This document shows, one piece after another, positions 35,763-48,400 of a DNA stretch of 64,000 nucleotides (positions within the stretch are counted from its first letter, which is position 1; every line of letters starts with the position of its first letter). This DNA comes from Oikopleura dioica (lineage: Eukaryota > Animalia > Chordata). Location: positions 10,354,001-10,418,000 of the forward strand of contig OU015567.1 in the NCBI GenBank assembly GCA_907165135.1. Direction: 5' to 3'. A program made the position numbers and the translations under genes. The notes beneath the pieces are model-generated. The model was not told the origin of the DNA, searched no databases, and saw only the letters and a program-made list of their open reading frames with translations.

Positions 35763-38700
35763 TTAATAAGGTCCACGACGACCTCCTCGATGTCCTCCGC
35801 CGCCACGTCCACCACGGCCACGCGAGTCGGTAAAGCCGCCACGGCCGCCACCTCTGAAGTTTCCTCCTCCACGATACGCACCTCCACCTCGTTGGGGAGT
35901 ATTGCCGCCGCGCTGTTCCTGACGTAATTCATTGATAGTTTGTTCGAATGTTTCGTCGTTCAATAAGTGATGAGGGGATTATTCAAAAATGCTTTAAGGA
36001 AGATAGCGAGTGTGAGATAGGGTCGGCATCCTCTGCAGAAATCTAAACTTGCCAGCGTGATTATGTGCTGTCTTTGATTCCCGCTCAAAACTGACCCCTT
36101 CTTATGTCAGCTGCTTGCTGTTTGCATATCTGTAGAGCGGCTCTACCAGAGCCTTTAATATACCTTCATAGTTCTCCGCTTGATAACAGGTAATCTTTCT
36201 GAGAGATTCGAAATGCTGAGGCCAGTTTTGATTCTGTGCATAAAACATTTGAAATGAAAATATATAATCCTGCCTTTTTTCGAGTTCTTGGATCTTTTCA
36301 TCTATTGCAAGAGAACTTTCTGGGACCTAATCGAAAATTAGCTGTCATATCTTGCATCTATAAGCAAACAGTTTCGTGGAAGAACGATCTTAAGCGTTAA
36401 ATTTATGCCTTTTCCTTCCAGATTTATAGAATAGAATGCCAACCCTAGCCGATCATTTTTAAAAAGTGCTAATATAAAATTAGTCCTCGGTGACAAATTG
36501 ACGACGTGTAAAACGGCAACAAAGAGGGTAATAGCATGACGAAGTGTGTTTATGCTCGTAGGACAAAATGATTTTGTTACGAAAGGGTTATTGAACAAAA
36601 TTTGTGAACTGTTTTACGCGATGACGTTGGGTACCTGGATAGGGTCAAAGTTTTGGCTACCAGAGAAGCCGCCTCGCGGTCCTCCTCCGCCACGAGGTCC
36701 TCCACCTCGACCGCCTCTTTGTACAGGAGATGGCCACTGATTGTTTTGGCCTCGGGAGTCATTATCGAAGCTTTGGTTCTGGGAGCCGAAGTCATTATCT
36801 CTCCAACCCCGTCCATTTCCATTTGCTCTAAGACATGTTATTTTTCCAAAGAACTCGAAATAATTTACCTGGCTTTCTGTAGGTTGGAGGAGGTCGGTAA
36901 GTCTCAGGCGCGCGCATTCCGGCACCTTCAACAAGATTCTTGAGTTGTTCGTGATTTTCATTGAGAGAGAGTCGTTGACGCTTCGACTGTTCAATTTCTT
37001 GCTCATGACGGGCACGGAGTTGCTCCTAAAAAGTGAGTGTTACTGTGACGTCCGGTTCCCAGATCTCGCATGAGAAATAATCTCAATTGCAATTATTACC
37101 TGGCGCTGACGTCGAGATTCTTCCATTTGTCGCAATCGAGCTTGTTGTTGTTCCATCTCTCGTCGAATTAGTCGTTCCTGATTTAGAAAGCTAGAGTTCT
37201 CTTCTATGATTTCAATGGCTTACCTGCTCCTCGCCGATTCCTACTCGCATCTCCTGCTCTAGGCGTTGCTTTCTTTCTGCAGATTCGAACTTCACTTGCT
37301 CGATTTGAGAACGCTCCAGTTCTTCTAGCGCTTTCCATCGATTTCCAAAGTCCATTTCGAAAGTCTCTGGCGCAGCGAATCGAGGAGGGTACGAGTATTC
37401 TTCTTCAAAGCCGTAAGTATTGTAGAGACACTCTTCTTGGAGACCGTCGGCGTCATCGACAGAGTCAACCGCGGAGCACACAACGGCTCGCGGAGACAGC
37501 GTTAAAAAGAAGCAACCTTGGTTGACTTGCTCGATCGCCTTCGTTGCCGAGTTTTTCGGTCGAATTCGACGATTCCCCTTTGAAAGACAATTTTTATAAG
37601 GTTCTCTCGATTAAGATTATTTTTAATGTATCTGAGTTTTCTGTAATTTGAATATATTCTGAATACGATTTAAGCGACGAATGTCGCTTTGCTTTTTCAA
37701 TTCTGAAGATTTTTTCCGAAAACATATGATATCCTTCTGCGTTTCTACGTTCTTTATTCAGATCAAAGATCCATTTAAGTTTTTATGTAAATCAAATGAC
37801 GAAAAGAAAGATACTTCTTAGATAGCAAGCAACAAGACAAAGAATTTTACTTCTTGGTGACAACGAAGCTGGCTCAAAATTCGTCGATCGAGATTCTGTG
37901 TCGATCAGAATCAACTTGATCTCTTATGAAAGATTTTTAGACAAGAAAGGGACAAACAAGTTGAAATTTCTCGGGTTATAGCCTAACCAAAATCTAACTA
38001 AAACTATCACCAATAAAAATTTATCTGTTACTAAACTAAATATTCGAAATGCATGTCACCGAGAAGTAAAAGAAGAATATGTGAGATAAATGAAGGAGAT
38101 AAGTGAACATTCAAACAATTCTGTGACCTACTTTTCGAGGGATTTGCCTCGTTCATCGACCATAACAACGGCTCGTTCGATTTTACCGAAACGAGAAAAT
38201 GCATCATAAAGACGCTCGTTGGAAATGAGAGGAGATAGGTTCTTGACTTCAATGCTCGTTCCCTGAGCAGCGAATTTTACTCGGATGGGGCGATTCTGTC
38301 CAACAATGGTTTTGCCGCTGAGGCCATATTTAGCCTGGTCGGCTTGCATGCGGTTGGTCATTTTGATAAAGGCGAATGTTTTTCCTATTGAATATAAATC
38401 AATATCTTTTTATAAATATAGAAAAAATAAATAATATCGTTTATAATTTTATGGATAGAAATATTTTTGCTCGGACGATAATTTCTAAATAAGGTTTCTT
38501 CAATGAGATTATGACATAAAGACCCGATACTTTTGATAGATTGATTCATCTGCTCATACGAAAAACATTTTCAAGAAGGGACTCTTTGAGAACGATTCGA
38601 TGAAGATGCAACTCTCTGTCAGAGAGTTTCTCAAGAATTACGCTTGAATACTATTTGTGAACATTTTCTTTTCAAATAGAATTGATGAGATACCGCTATG

Positions 38701-39946
38701 AGATTCTTGGAATATGAAATGTACGTATATGGTTGCATTCTTGGGATAAAGATATACAGTCGGAGTCCAAAATAAGGGACTTTTGCTCCAAAATTTTCGA
38801 AAAAGTCCCTTAAATTGGGTCATCAAAGCAAAAATATGTCGCTGAGAAGTTTTTTCGAAGTATATTTTTACGGCAAAATAAGCTGAAGTTATTGTTTTTG
38901 TGACTTAGAAGACATTTTTGAAAGAGGAAAACATATTCTGAAAGGCAAATCACTTCAGTTTGGGGCAAAGCTGGTTGAAATTAAGGTAATTGATACCCTT
39001 TATCAGCTCTCAACTAACTGAAGAAGCTTACTGATCTCGGAAAGTCCCTTAAATTGGATTTTTTCTGCCGCTGATTTTCGGCATTTTGAGCAAAAGTCCC
39101 TTATCTTGGTGTCCCTTATTTTGGACTCCGACTGTAGTTCTAAATTCTGGAGTTTTCAAAAATTATCGTGAGGCGAAAAATAACTGAATTCTGACATTTA
39201 AATAAGCTGGTAAAATATTTACCCTGAGGGATAAAAACTTCCTTGACTTCGCCGAACTTTTGAAACATGGAGCGAACTTGTTCTTGAGTGATATTCTCTG
39301 GTAGACCGCCGACAAAAAGTCGGGATTGACCAGTAGATTCTGTAGATCCTTCCTCTACAAGAGAAAGATGAAGAGTTATGATAATAAAGATTTGGTTGTA
39401 TACGTTCTGAATTCTAGTTTTGCGCTCTTTTCGTGGAACTGAAAATATAAGCTTTTTAACGAGTCAATAAAAGTAAAAAAAGACTAGCTGCTACCGATGC
39501 TAGTATGAGCCGATTATCGACCAAGAGTTCTTTTCGAATCAATAAGAAGTCCGGTCTATAGAAAAAAACAGAGAGCCCGGATATCAACTGAAAACATAGA
39601 GGAGTTCAAACAAAAAAGCTTTCTATGCAGATCCACGAGAAAAGAGGCCTTATACTTTTCTATTTGGTTATTTACCCTTCTCTGGATCTGGCTCAAACTC
39701 GATGGGCTTTCCATCGTTAAAATTTTTGGTGCTAGAACTTTGCTGGCCCCTGTTCTGATTGCCTTGGTGCCCTCTATTATGGCCGCCCTGGTTGCCTCGG
39801 TTCATATTATTTCGGGGAGTGTTTTGTTTTCGATCGTTGTTTCGATCGTTATTTCGGTTATTTGGTGTTTGGTTTTTGTCGTTTGGGGTTGCAGGTTGAG
39901 GATTGCCTCCTTGTTTCTGATTCGGAGTGGAGACACGGTTGGGCAT
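35763..39946 (-). CDS. DBHS-family protein (NONO/SFPQ/PSPC1/NonA-like): 2 RRMs, NOPS, coiled coil, RGG tail
   Basis: RLFVGGLPENIT; VKNLSPLISNERLYDAFSRFGKIERAVVMVDERGKS; GIVEF; PPRFAAPETFEMDFGNRWKALEELE; charged coiled coil; ends ...RGGRRGPY*. Confidence 0.85.
38757..39134. mobile_element. Tc1/mariner-type MITE, 378 bp, inside a DBHS intron
   Basis: Perfect 24-bp TIRs CAGTCGGAGTCCAAAATAAGGGAC; TA on both flanks (38755-38756, 39135-39136); internal repeats of AAAGTCCCTTA. Confidence 0.9.
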
Positions 39947-40103
39947 TGTGCTGCCATTCTGTTATTTGGGTAGAGAAAAGTTTCACTTATCAGATCATCA
40001 CTCTGATGAGCCATAAAACAACCAATTTAGACAATTTCAGACGAGTTTGAGGACGAAATTATGAGCCAACAGAGCTAAGACGACCTTCGATTAGAGAAAA
40101 AGT

Positions 40104-40491
40104 AAGCAGTGACAGCGTTTTTTAAATGGGAACACCGATTTTCGAACCCCTCTAGAAAACGCTGAGTGAATCACCTGGCTCTTTAAACCTTACTAATGCA
40201 CAGAGTAGACCTAGAGCTTTATTTCTATAGCTTTAGAGATCCTGTATGATGACTGTACTCGGAGCTGTTTGACTCCCAAAATAGGTATAAATGAGCGAAA
40301 TCGGAGAATTTGGAATTGATGACGTAATATCTTCCAGATCACGTGTTGTATACATTTTATAAACCCTACCAGTGCACAGAGTAGACCCTCAGCTACATTT
40401 CTAGCCGTTATCGGACTCTCTCCTATGATTGTACTCTGAGAAATTTCACTCCCCAGGTTGTTCCCATTTAAAAAAAACGCTGTCAGTGCTT
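40104..40491. mobile_element. Inverted-repeat-bounded element (probable MITE), ~390 bp
   Basis: ~31-bp IR AAGCA(G/C)TGACAGCG-T6/T8-AAATGGGAACA at 40104-40134 and 40459-40491; internal direct repeat GCACAGAGTAGACC; no clear TSD. Confidence 0.55.
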
Positions 40492-41129
40492 TGAAACTAC
40501 CCTTGTTATTGTTTTGAGGTTCAGTCATAGGTTGAACCATTTTTGATTTATAGGTACGGATTCGGGTTTCGAGTTATTCTGAATATGATATGAATTAATT
40601 TCTCAAAATTCTTTTCACAATTCGCAAATTATCAGTAGCTTGAAGAAAATAGGTCGATCACTCGGGTTTATCGTAAATTAGAGACAATGTCCCTGAAACA
40701 TTAGTAATCTCTTGAAGTCAACACTGGAAGCGACAAAAAGGAAATTTTTCTTTTGAAATGAAATTCGAGTGAGTCATGAACACCCTGTCCGCGGAAAACC
40801 TTCGGCGGATCTTTATCCTGCTCAGTTCGTAGGCGACTGGGCTTTCTTGCTTGGGGGCTCATTCTGTCTGGATGCGAAGCAAAACCGATCAATTCTAAAA
40901 TGGGGATTCCGCATTATTCGAAATTGTCAAGTTTTCTTTCTAAAGCCTGAACTTGCAAAGTAAGTCGTTTGATTCCAGCATCCTCAATAAGTTTATTGCG
41001 AGGGGGAAAATGGGCAGTCGTTCTAACAATTGTTCTAGTCGTGAAAATATTAATCTAAGAACGTCAGGGAGGCGTTTACAGGAGCAGAACAGATCACGGA
41101 TGTACAGTTAGCGGGTTTAGGCCGGTTGT

Positions 41130-42119
41130 TTACTTGGCCTGCGCTTGCCACCACTTGAAAACGTCCGAGAACCATTCTTCTTTCTGGCACTTCATGGTGT
41201 TTCGGAGCCAGTTCTTGAACTTTTCTTCCTTCTTTGGCTTTCCTCCCGGATTAGCCTGGATAGCTTTCTTCAGCTCCTCGACGGTGCTGTATTCTTTGGG
41301 CGCTGCAAAGAAGGATTAAAGAGGACCATTGAAAGTAAACACTTACCCTTCTTTGCCTTCTTGTTGTCAGCCTCTTCTTCGACTTCAGAAGCTTTTCTCT
41401 TCGTAGCGGCCTTTGGCTCTACTGTTTTCGCCGCAGCTTTCTTTGGCGAAGCAGCTTTTACTGGCTCGGGCTTGACGGGCTCTTCTTCCTCTTCTTCACT
41501 TTCTACGTCTTCGGCGGTTCGGAGTTCCTAGTGATATATGTTTCAAAGCAAGACAAAAAAAAACTGTAACGTACCGCTTCCATCTCTTCTTCATCCATGT
41601 CCGACTCGTCGTCTTCATCATCCATTTCTTCATTGACCAAATGATTGGCGCCGATGTTCACTGGCCCCTTGCCCTCGGAGAGCTTCAACAAAAGTGGTGG
41701 CTCGACGGAAATATCGGGCAATCGAAGGTAGGGATTCTAAGAACGGTTGGAAGATAATTAAAATTACTCGACTTACAGCATCCGTGAGAATGCCAAGAAT
41801 GACTGTGGCCTTCTCGGAATTGGCATCAACAGCGGAAAGCTCGATGACATGCTTTCCTTTGGCGCCGGGGCCAAGAGCGCAGGATTTGAAGATGACCTGT
41901 TCATCTTCGTTGTCTCCGCCCTCGAATTTGTATGGTGCAGGTCCTAGGCAAAAAGTGGAAAGTGGGATCGAAGATAAAAAGAAAACCCTCAAGATTTGTG
42001 GCCCAAAGATACTCCTTTCGTTCCGGGACGGGAGCTCCCATCATGGCAGAATCGTCCATATCGAACTCAGACTCGTCCATGTCAATTTCAGGCTCTTCGG
42101 CGGGAACTTTGGAAGGCAT
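41130..42119 (-). CDS. Nucleoplasmin/nucleophosmin-like histone chaperone with NPM1-type C-terminal domain
   Basis: YLWATNL, SCALGPGAKGKHVIEL, LPDISVEPPLLLKLSEGKGPVNIGANHLV, acidic tracts, K-rich linker, VEELKKAIQANPGGKPKKEEKFKNWLRNTMK...VFKWW. Confidence 0.85.
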
Positions 42120-42316
42120 TTGAAGTCTGAATTTTAAGAACTTTAGAATCTCTTTCTTTCGAACAGTTGTTTCCACAATTCTTAAAGTCGAGGTATCTCT
42201 GTTTATCTCTTGAGGTAGAAATTCACAATAGTTACAGAGTAGTCTCTTATTTCGATAAAAGCTCTTTCTCGAATATTTCTTTGCGAATTACGCGTCTACG
42301 AAAGCTCAGAAAATGC

Positions 42317-42366
42317 CCAATCGGGGGTGGCGAAAGATTCGTCTGGCCAATCGTTTTACGGATTGG
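42317..42366. promoter_or_regulatory. Three CCAAT boxes in the divergent promoter between the NPM-like and dsRBD genes
   Basis: CCAAT at 42317 and 42347 (30-nt spacing) and ATTGG at 42362, between head-to-head genes. Confidence 0.45.
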
Positions 42367-42492
42367 CGCTGGCTTGCCTTTCGGATCGAACCACTACCAA
42401 GTTCTATTCTCGAAAAAAAAAGAGATAAAAATCGTTACTGTTCTTGAAAAGCGAAGAAAGAAACTGATGGAAGAAAAGCGAGGTCAGATGAA

Positions 42493-45400
42493 ATGAGTCG
42501 ACCGGTGAAGAAAGTCGTTCTCGACGTTTCATCAAGCTTCCCAGAAAATATTTTTGCTCAGGAAGGGATAATCACTTAGAACGACAATGAAATGAAACCA
42601 ATGAAATCGTTGGTAATCAAGTATAAATCCCTTTTCGAAGACAAGCTACAATCGCGGTGGCAGAGGAGGCGGCCGTGGTCGAGGACGCGGTGGTGGCAGA
42701 GGATCCGGAGTTGAACAACCGTTGAACGAACTGGTCCACTACTGCAGATCTCAAAAATACGGCGCCGTCACTGTTATTCAAACGGATCTTACTGGTCCAC
42801 CGCACAAGCCCGTCTTCACCTTCGAATGCTCCGCGAAAGTAAAGGGAAACTGGTACGCAGCGAAGGGCAAGGACCACTCCAAGCAAAAAGCAAAACATGC
42901 TGCTGCCGCCGCCCTCAGAAAAATCATTCACGAGGTAGAGTTTTCCCGAAATCCGGAAACGATTCCAACGCGACAGAACAATGAGCAGCATCCTAATCCT
43001 GCGCCACTTGGTCCTGGAACTCGAGGAAAACTCCTGACTGGAGATGAAATGAGCAATTTGGCCGGGATCGGTGATCATGCTCATCTTCCCGAGCCCCCAA
43101 AGCCGCCTTCATTTTTGGAACCAGGGGAATGCAGAGATAGTGATGAAGAAGAAAGCGAAGAAGAAAATGACGACCCAAACACACCTGCCTGGATGGCTGC
43201 CGGTTTGAACGAGCCTCCTTCTAGCGCGTTGTCGAGGAAAAAGAGACAAGCGAAGAATCAGAAGGAGCGCAAAAGGGCTGGAAAAGAATGGGCTTCGAGA
43301 CAATTTACGTACGAACCTGACCAGTACGATCCTAATAGTTTGGCGAAGATGGCAACTCCGTTTAATGAATCAGTGCCTGAAGAAGGTATTCGTGATCCAG
43401 TCGAGGAGGATCCCGCCCAGATTAGAAAGATAAACGAGTTAAAAGCTGAAAATAAATCAGCTCCATGGCCCGAGCTTATAGAAGAAGATGACAAAGAAAA
43501 GCCTTCGACATCAACTGCTCCAAATGCTGGAATGTCCAGTACTGGAGTTCTTCGGCCGCCAGTGCCACTTGCACAGGGAACAACGGGACGAGCAGGGAAT
43601 TATCACCCACCGCAAGCGATGGGTAGTCAGCCACGCCCACCTCGTCCGTTGGGCTCATTCCCTCGACCTCCTGGCTCATCCGGATTGACTGCTCCTCGTC
43701 CACTTTCTCAACCAACTCGTCTCAGAGCACCGACACCAATGAGCCAAAACTTGCGCCCACCAAGGCCCCTCGGGCCTAAAAGTATGCAAGGCACAAATCA
43801 GTTCAACCTTTTGCCAGATCGAAATGGGACAGGATCGAGTCAAACCATGCCCTCCCGCAAATCCCCAAAGAAGAAGACTCATACAACTCCACTCCCTCCA
43901 CCACCAGCTCCGCCAAAACTAAATGGTGAAAAGAAAAACGCCAAGAATACATGGTCCGGCTGGGATAAAAACGACAGCTGGGAACCATCATCAGAATTTT
44001 ACGTGGATCCTCAGTTCTCAGATGATGCCTTCGTTGAAAACAAGGAATTGATGCCACCGCCGAAAACGGATAACAACATCATTCCTGCGTCTAAAATGAA
44101 AAAAGTCTCCTATAACAGCGCTAAAGGATTAGTCAAACCAAAGGGCTGGTCCAGTGTTTGGGGCTGCAAGAGTCACATCGAAGCTGGATACGAGGTGTAT
44201 TACGATGTCGATGATATCAAATTCGGTTTTCCAACGTATGAGGAGAAGCAAAACTCGATTACTTCTGCAGAGGCGATTTGGAATGATGAGCTTTTTGATA
44301 CTGAAAAGTATCAAGATTGGGAGGACGAATGGGCTGAGTATGATCTCAAAAAAGGTAGCTTATCCAAATTTGTTATTATTTTCTTCATCTTTCAGACAAA
44401 ACAACATATTTTGATGAATCTTTTGCCGAAAAAGGCCTTATGCACCACCAACGAGATCCTCGCGAAAACCAAGGAGTGCCTTGGTTCGCCCCTCCTCGAA
44501 TAGATGGCAACAACCTTCGCCCCGAGCTTCGTGATCAACTTGAAAAGCTAGATCGAGAAGCTCTTTGGAAAGCTGATGAAAAAGGTGGTAAAGGTGCAAC
44601 GTATGATCTGCCAAACTTTGCTAGAATTCAGGTATATAAACAATTATATAGAACAAAAATATTACTATTGCTAAAAATTGTCGACTGAAGGGGAGATGGC
44701 AAAATATTACACAACATTTAGTCATGTGTAGACGACTGGATCAAACAGTCGTTTGGAGTTACCGGAACCCAATTTATTTACGAATTCTACTCCAGGTGAA
44801 TGACAACTCAAGGCCACTCTCGTGCCTTTTTGATGTATGCTCCCGTCCGTAGTCGTTTAAAAGCCCAATTCTCAGTATTTTGGGCTATTAAATCGAACTA
44901 AAAATGATTGGAAGCATACTTCAAGATTCCCAGAAAAGCTTTTTTTGCTTTCAAATATTGAGTATTTCAAGTGTTTATTGCACAGTAAAGAAACTTATTT
45001 TCTACTAGGCAGTCGAACTACTTTAAAGAGCAGAGTGCATCTCAATTTTTGTTCTTTAAAATGGTACTTTATAATCTCTCTTACCAACAAAAATGACCCC
45101 CTAGTAGGAAAGAGTTGAATGCAAGAACATATGGAATACTTCAATATCGACAACCGCTTGAAATAACGAAATTATTATTACTCCTTTGAAGTTAATTTGT
45201 ATCACCAAAATTACGTGTCGATTCTTACAGTTATAAATTTTAAGTTAATAATCATCGTTATATTATCGTTATATGTCGTTATAATATAGCTGTTCTATAA
45301 CTTTGTTTTAGCAATGGATTGCTAAATGGATACTATTGTGCCCTTTGCTGCTATGATTGGCCACCTACAGTTCATCAAGACTGTATTCGAGATCATTTGA

Positions 45401-48400
45401 CCTCGCATGGCCATAAATTAGGTTAGCAGTCGGGAACTGCAGAACTCTTTTTGATCTTGTTTTAGGATACCTACGAAGGCAGTACATGAAGGAATACATT
45501 GCTCTTACCAACTGGCCTCATTACGGGACAGGTAAATACAATCTATAGTTTATGAATAAGAAGTTATCAAGCTCATAAACATAAATATCGATTTACTTAT
45601 TACTTTTGCAGACGCCTTGCGAGATTATGATCTGGAGGAAGCACTGGAGGAGAAAATAAGCATGATTGCAAATAAAGAAGCCGCCTCATTCAAGAAAGTC
45701 GCTGTCAATGTCCGCACCATGCATCACAGAGGCCTGATTACTTCACAAGCGGAGAAATTGAGAGATGGTTTCTTCAAAAAAACAAAGACGAATCGTACAG
45801 CAAAGAAGCTGACCGAATGGTCACTTGATGAGTGGCAATGCTCAAGGTATCCGTGTGATTCCGTGAATCAATCAACGCGACTTAACTGTTTGAACTGCGG
45901 CGAAGCAGCTCCAGCTGATCCGTACTTCTTTTATATCATCAAAGCTGAGGAAGATGATGCTCGCCAAAAAGAGCGCATGGAGCGAAGAAAGACAAAGTAT
46001 GCCATTCGTGATCGCAGAAAAGAATTCCTTGAGCGAATCCGACAAGGCGAAGAGCTCGCGAGGGGTCCCACTTTGCCAAAATACATAAACGCGATGTCGC
46101 AGGTTCCTGTCATGACTGATGACGAAATGCAATTCTTCCAGGTGCAAGATTTCATGAAATCAATTGAGGAGTCTCACCCGGGCTTGGATCTCGATAAGGA
46201 CCAACCGTTGCCAATGGAAGATGCTCTCGAAGAGAGAATCAAAGAGAATGCTTATAAAAATGCGGATACTGTTGCTTGCCAGGACGGTTACGAATCCGGG
46301 GAAATTCAAGAATCAAGTGATAGCAACGAGGAAAAAGAACCAGAAGAAGAAATTCCAGAAGAACCAAAATCTCCAAAGGGTGATGGAAGCAAAACGAGGA
46401 AGAGATATCGAAGAGCTGTACAGGCGGAAAGACGAAAAGCGCTGATGTACGAGCGTCCTGAAATCAGACAACAGCTTGAATCAGAAGCCTGGATTCCAAA
46501 GAAACTATCCTCGGGTTGGTGGCTCAAAGATGGTTGCTGGCTGTGCAAGGTGTGCTGTCACAAGAATCCCGGAAGTTACAAATTTTGTTTTGGTTGTGAT
46601 ATAGCTGCGCCAAAGAATATCGATGGAAATATGAATAAACAGCTTATTCATCCGTCTGTCTTTCACGAAAATGACTGGAGACATACTCAACAGTTAAAAA
46701 AGTGGATCGAAAGCAACCCGGAAGCTGAAGCCGAGAAACCGCAAGATGTTAAAGGTCTTCCCATTTACATGCAAAGAGAGCACGCAAAGGAACAAGGTTT
46801 ATTCGGTGGTGATTTCTTCAAACACGGAGCCGTGCGACAAGATTTGGTGGAATACAGAGCTCTCCGAGTGAAAACTGCCGAACAGACGAGAAAAATCATG
46901 AGTCAACAGGGTTTTGCCGAGTCGCCAGACTATCTAAGTACTCTAGGTGCTAATAGCCTGGATACGAGCGTCGGCAAGGGATGCAAAGAACGTATAATCA
47001 GAGCAATGCAACGTCGTGCTGAAAAACAGCTTGCTGGTGAAAAAGTCACTGGTTACCTAAATCGCTTCCGAAAGAACTTTTCCCAGTGCGGATGGTGGTG
47101 CGAGTCCTGCGATTATTACAGTTTCTTTCCTCGTGATAAATGCCACGAGTGCAATACTCCTAGACCTCTTCCTTCTGAGATCTGGAAGTATGCATACAAA
47201 CGCTCTGAGCGAGCCGAAGCTGTCATGAATATCGAAAAACACATAAAGAATACGGAAAGTGAAGGAGTAAACTACTTCGTCGGCAAGGGAAAATACGCTC
47301 AAACGGCGGCACCTGACTGGCTTGATGCTTCTGATGGGAATCCACATGGCTTCAAACGTACACAAAACGAATGTGGTGGTAGACAAAAATACTACATGAA
47401 TAGACAGGATGATCTCGCCACGGAATCACAGAAAATCGCTGCTTACAACATGATGATATACATGACGAACGAGACCATGGGTGGTCAGGGCTCTGTCCCA
47501 CAAGGGTTGCCAATCACTGAACATGCTCATCCAAATGCTACCAATGAGAGCGTTATGGATGAAGTGCGGGCCGAAATCGACGCCGAAGACAGCGGACAAC
47601 CCGTTCCGCAGTTCAATCCACCAAAAGATCCAGATAATGATGAAGATGCCTGGATCAACAAACTTACCGCAACACCTCTTTTGGATTCTAACAACCAACT
47701 TCTCTCATTTGATGATAAGCTTCTTGTTTACAAAAAGATGTTCGAGGAACTAGAACAGCTTCGAGAGGAAGCAAAGCAACTTGAAGACCAAGCTTCATCA
47801 TCGGAGTCCGAAGATGAAGATGCAAAAAGAATCGCTGAAGCTAAGAAGAAAGCAAAAGAAGATGCTTTCCGGTCTCAAATGGCTTATCTTCATCATGAAG
47901 ACTTCTTATATCAACTTGGACAGGAAGTGAACGATCGAGAAGACCGAATTCGTAATAGAAATGCGACCTACGATGATGTAAAGGCAGAACCTGTAGATGA
48001 GGACTTTGTTCCAGCTCGACTCAAGAATCGATTTGCTGAAGAATTTGACAATCTGGTCCCAGACGAGTGTTTTGATTTGACTGGAAAAACAGATTCCGAA
48101 GGGTCGAGCTCCTCTGGATCAGACTCCGACAGTGGTGATTCAGACTACTACAACCCGCGACGCAAAAGAACTGAAAGGGGTAAATACAGAATCCCACATC
48201 GCCGTGATGAGTACACTGTTTCTGATGAAGAGCGCGATATCCGTGCTCGAAAGAAGAAATACGCTCATAAACCACCACCAGGCATCCCACAATCTCAGTG
48301 GGTCGGAAAATCAGATCTCCAAAAGTTGAAAGAGCAGTATCGGGAACGAACTATAGATGAGGCTTCATCCCGAAAAGCTGAAACCTTTGGTGACTCTTCA

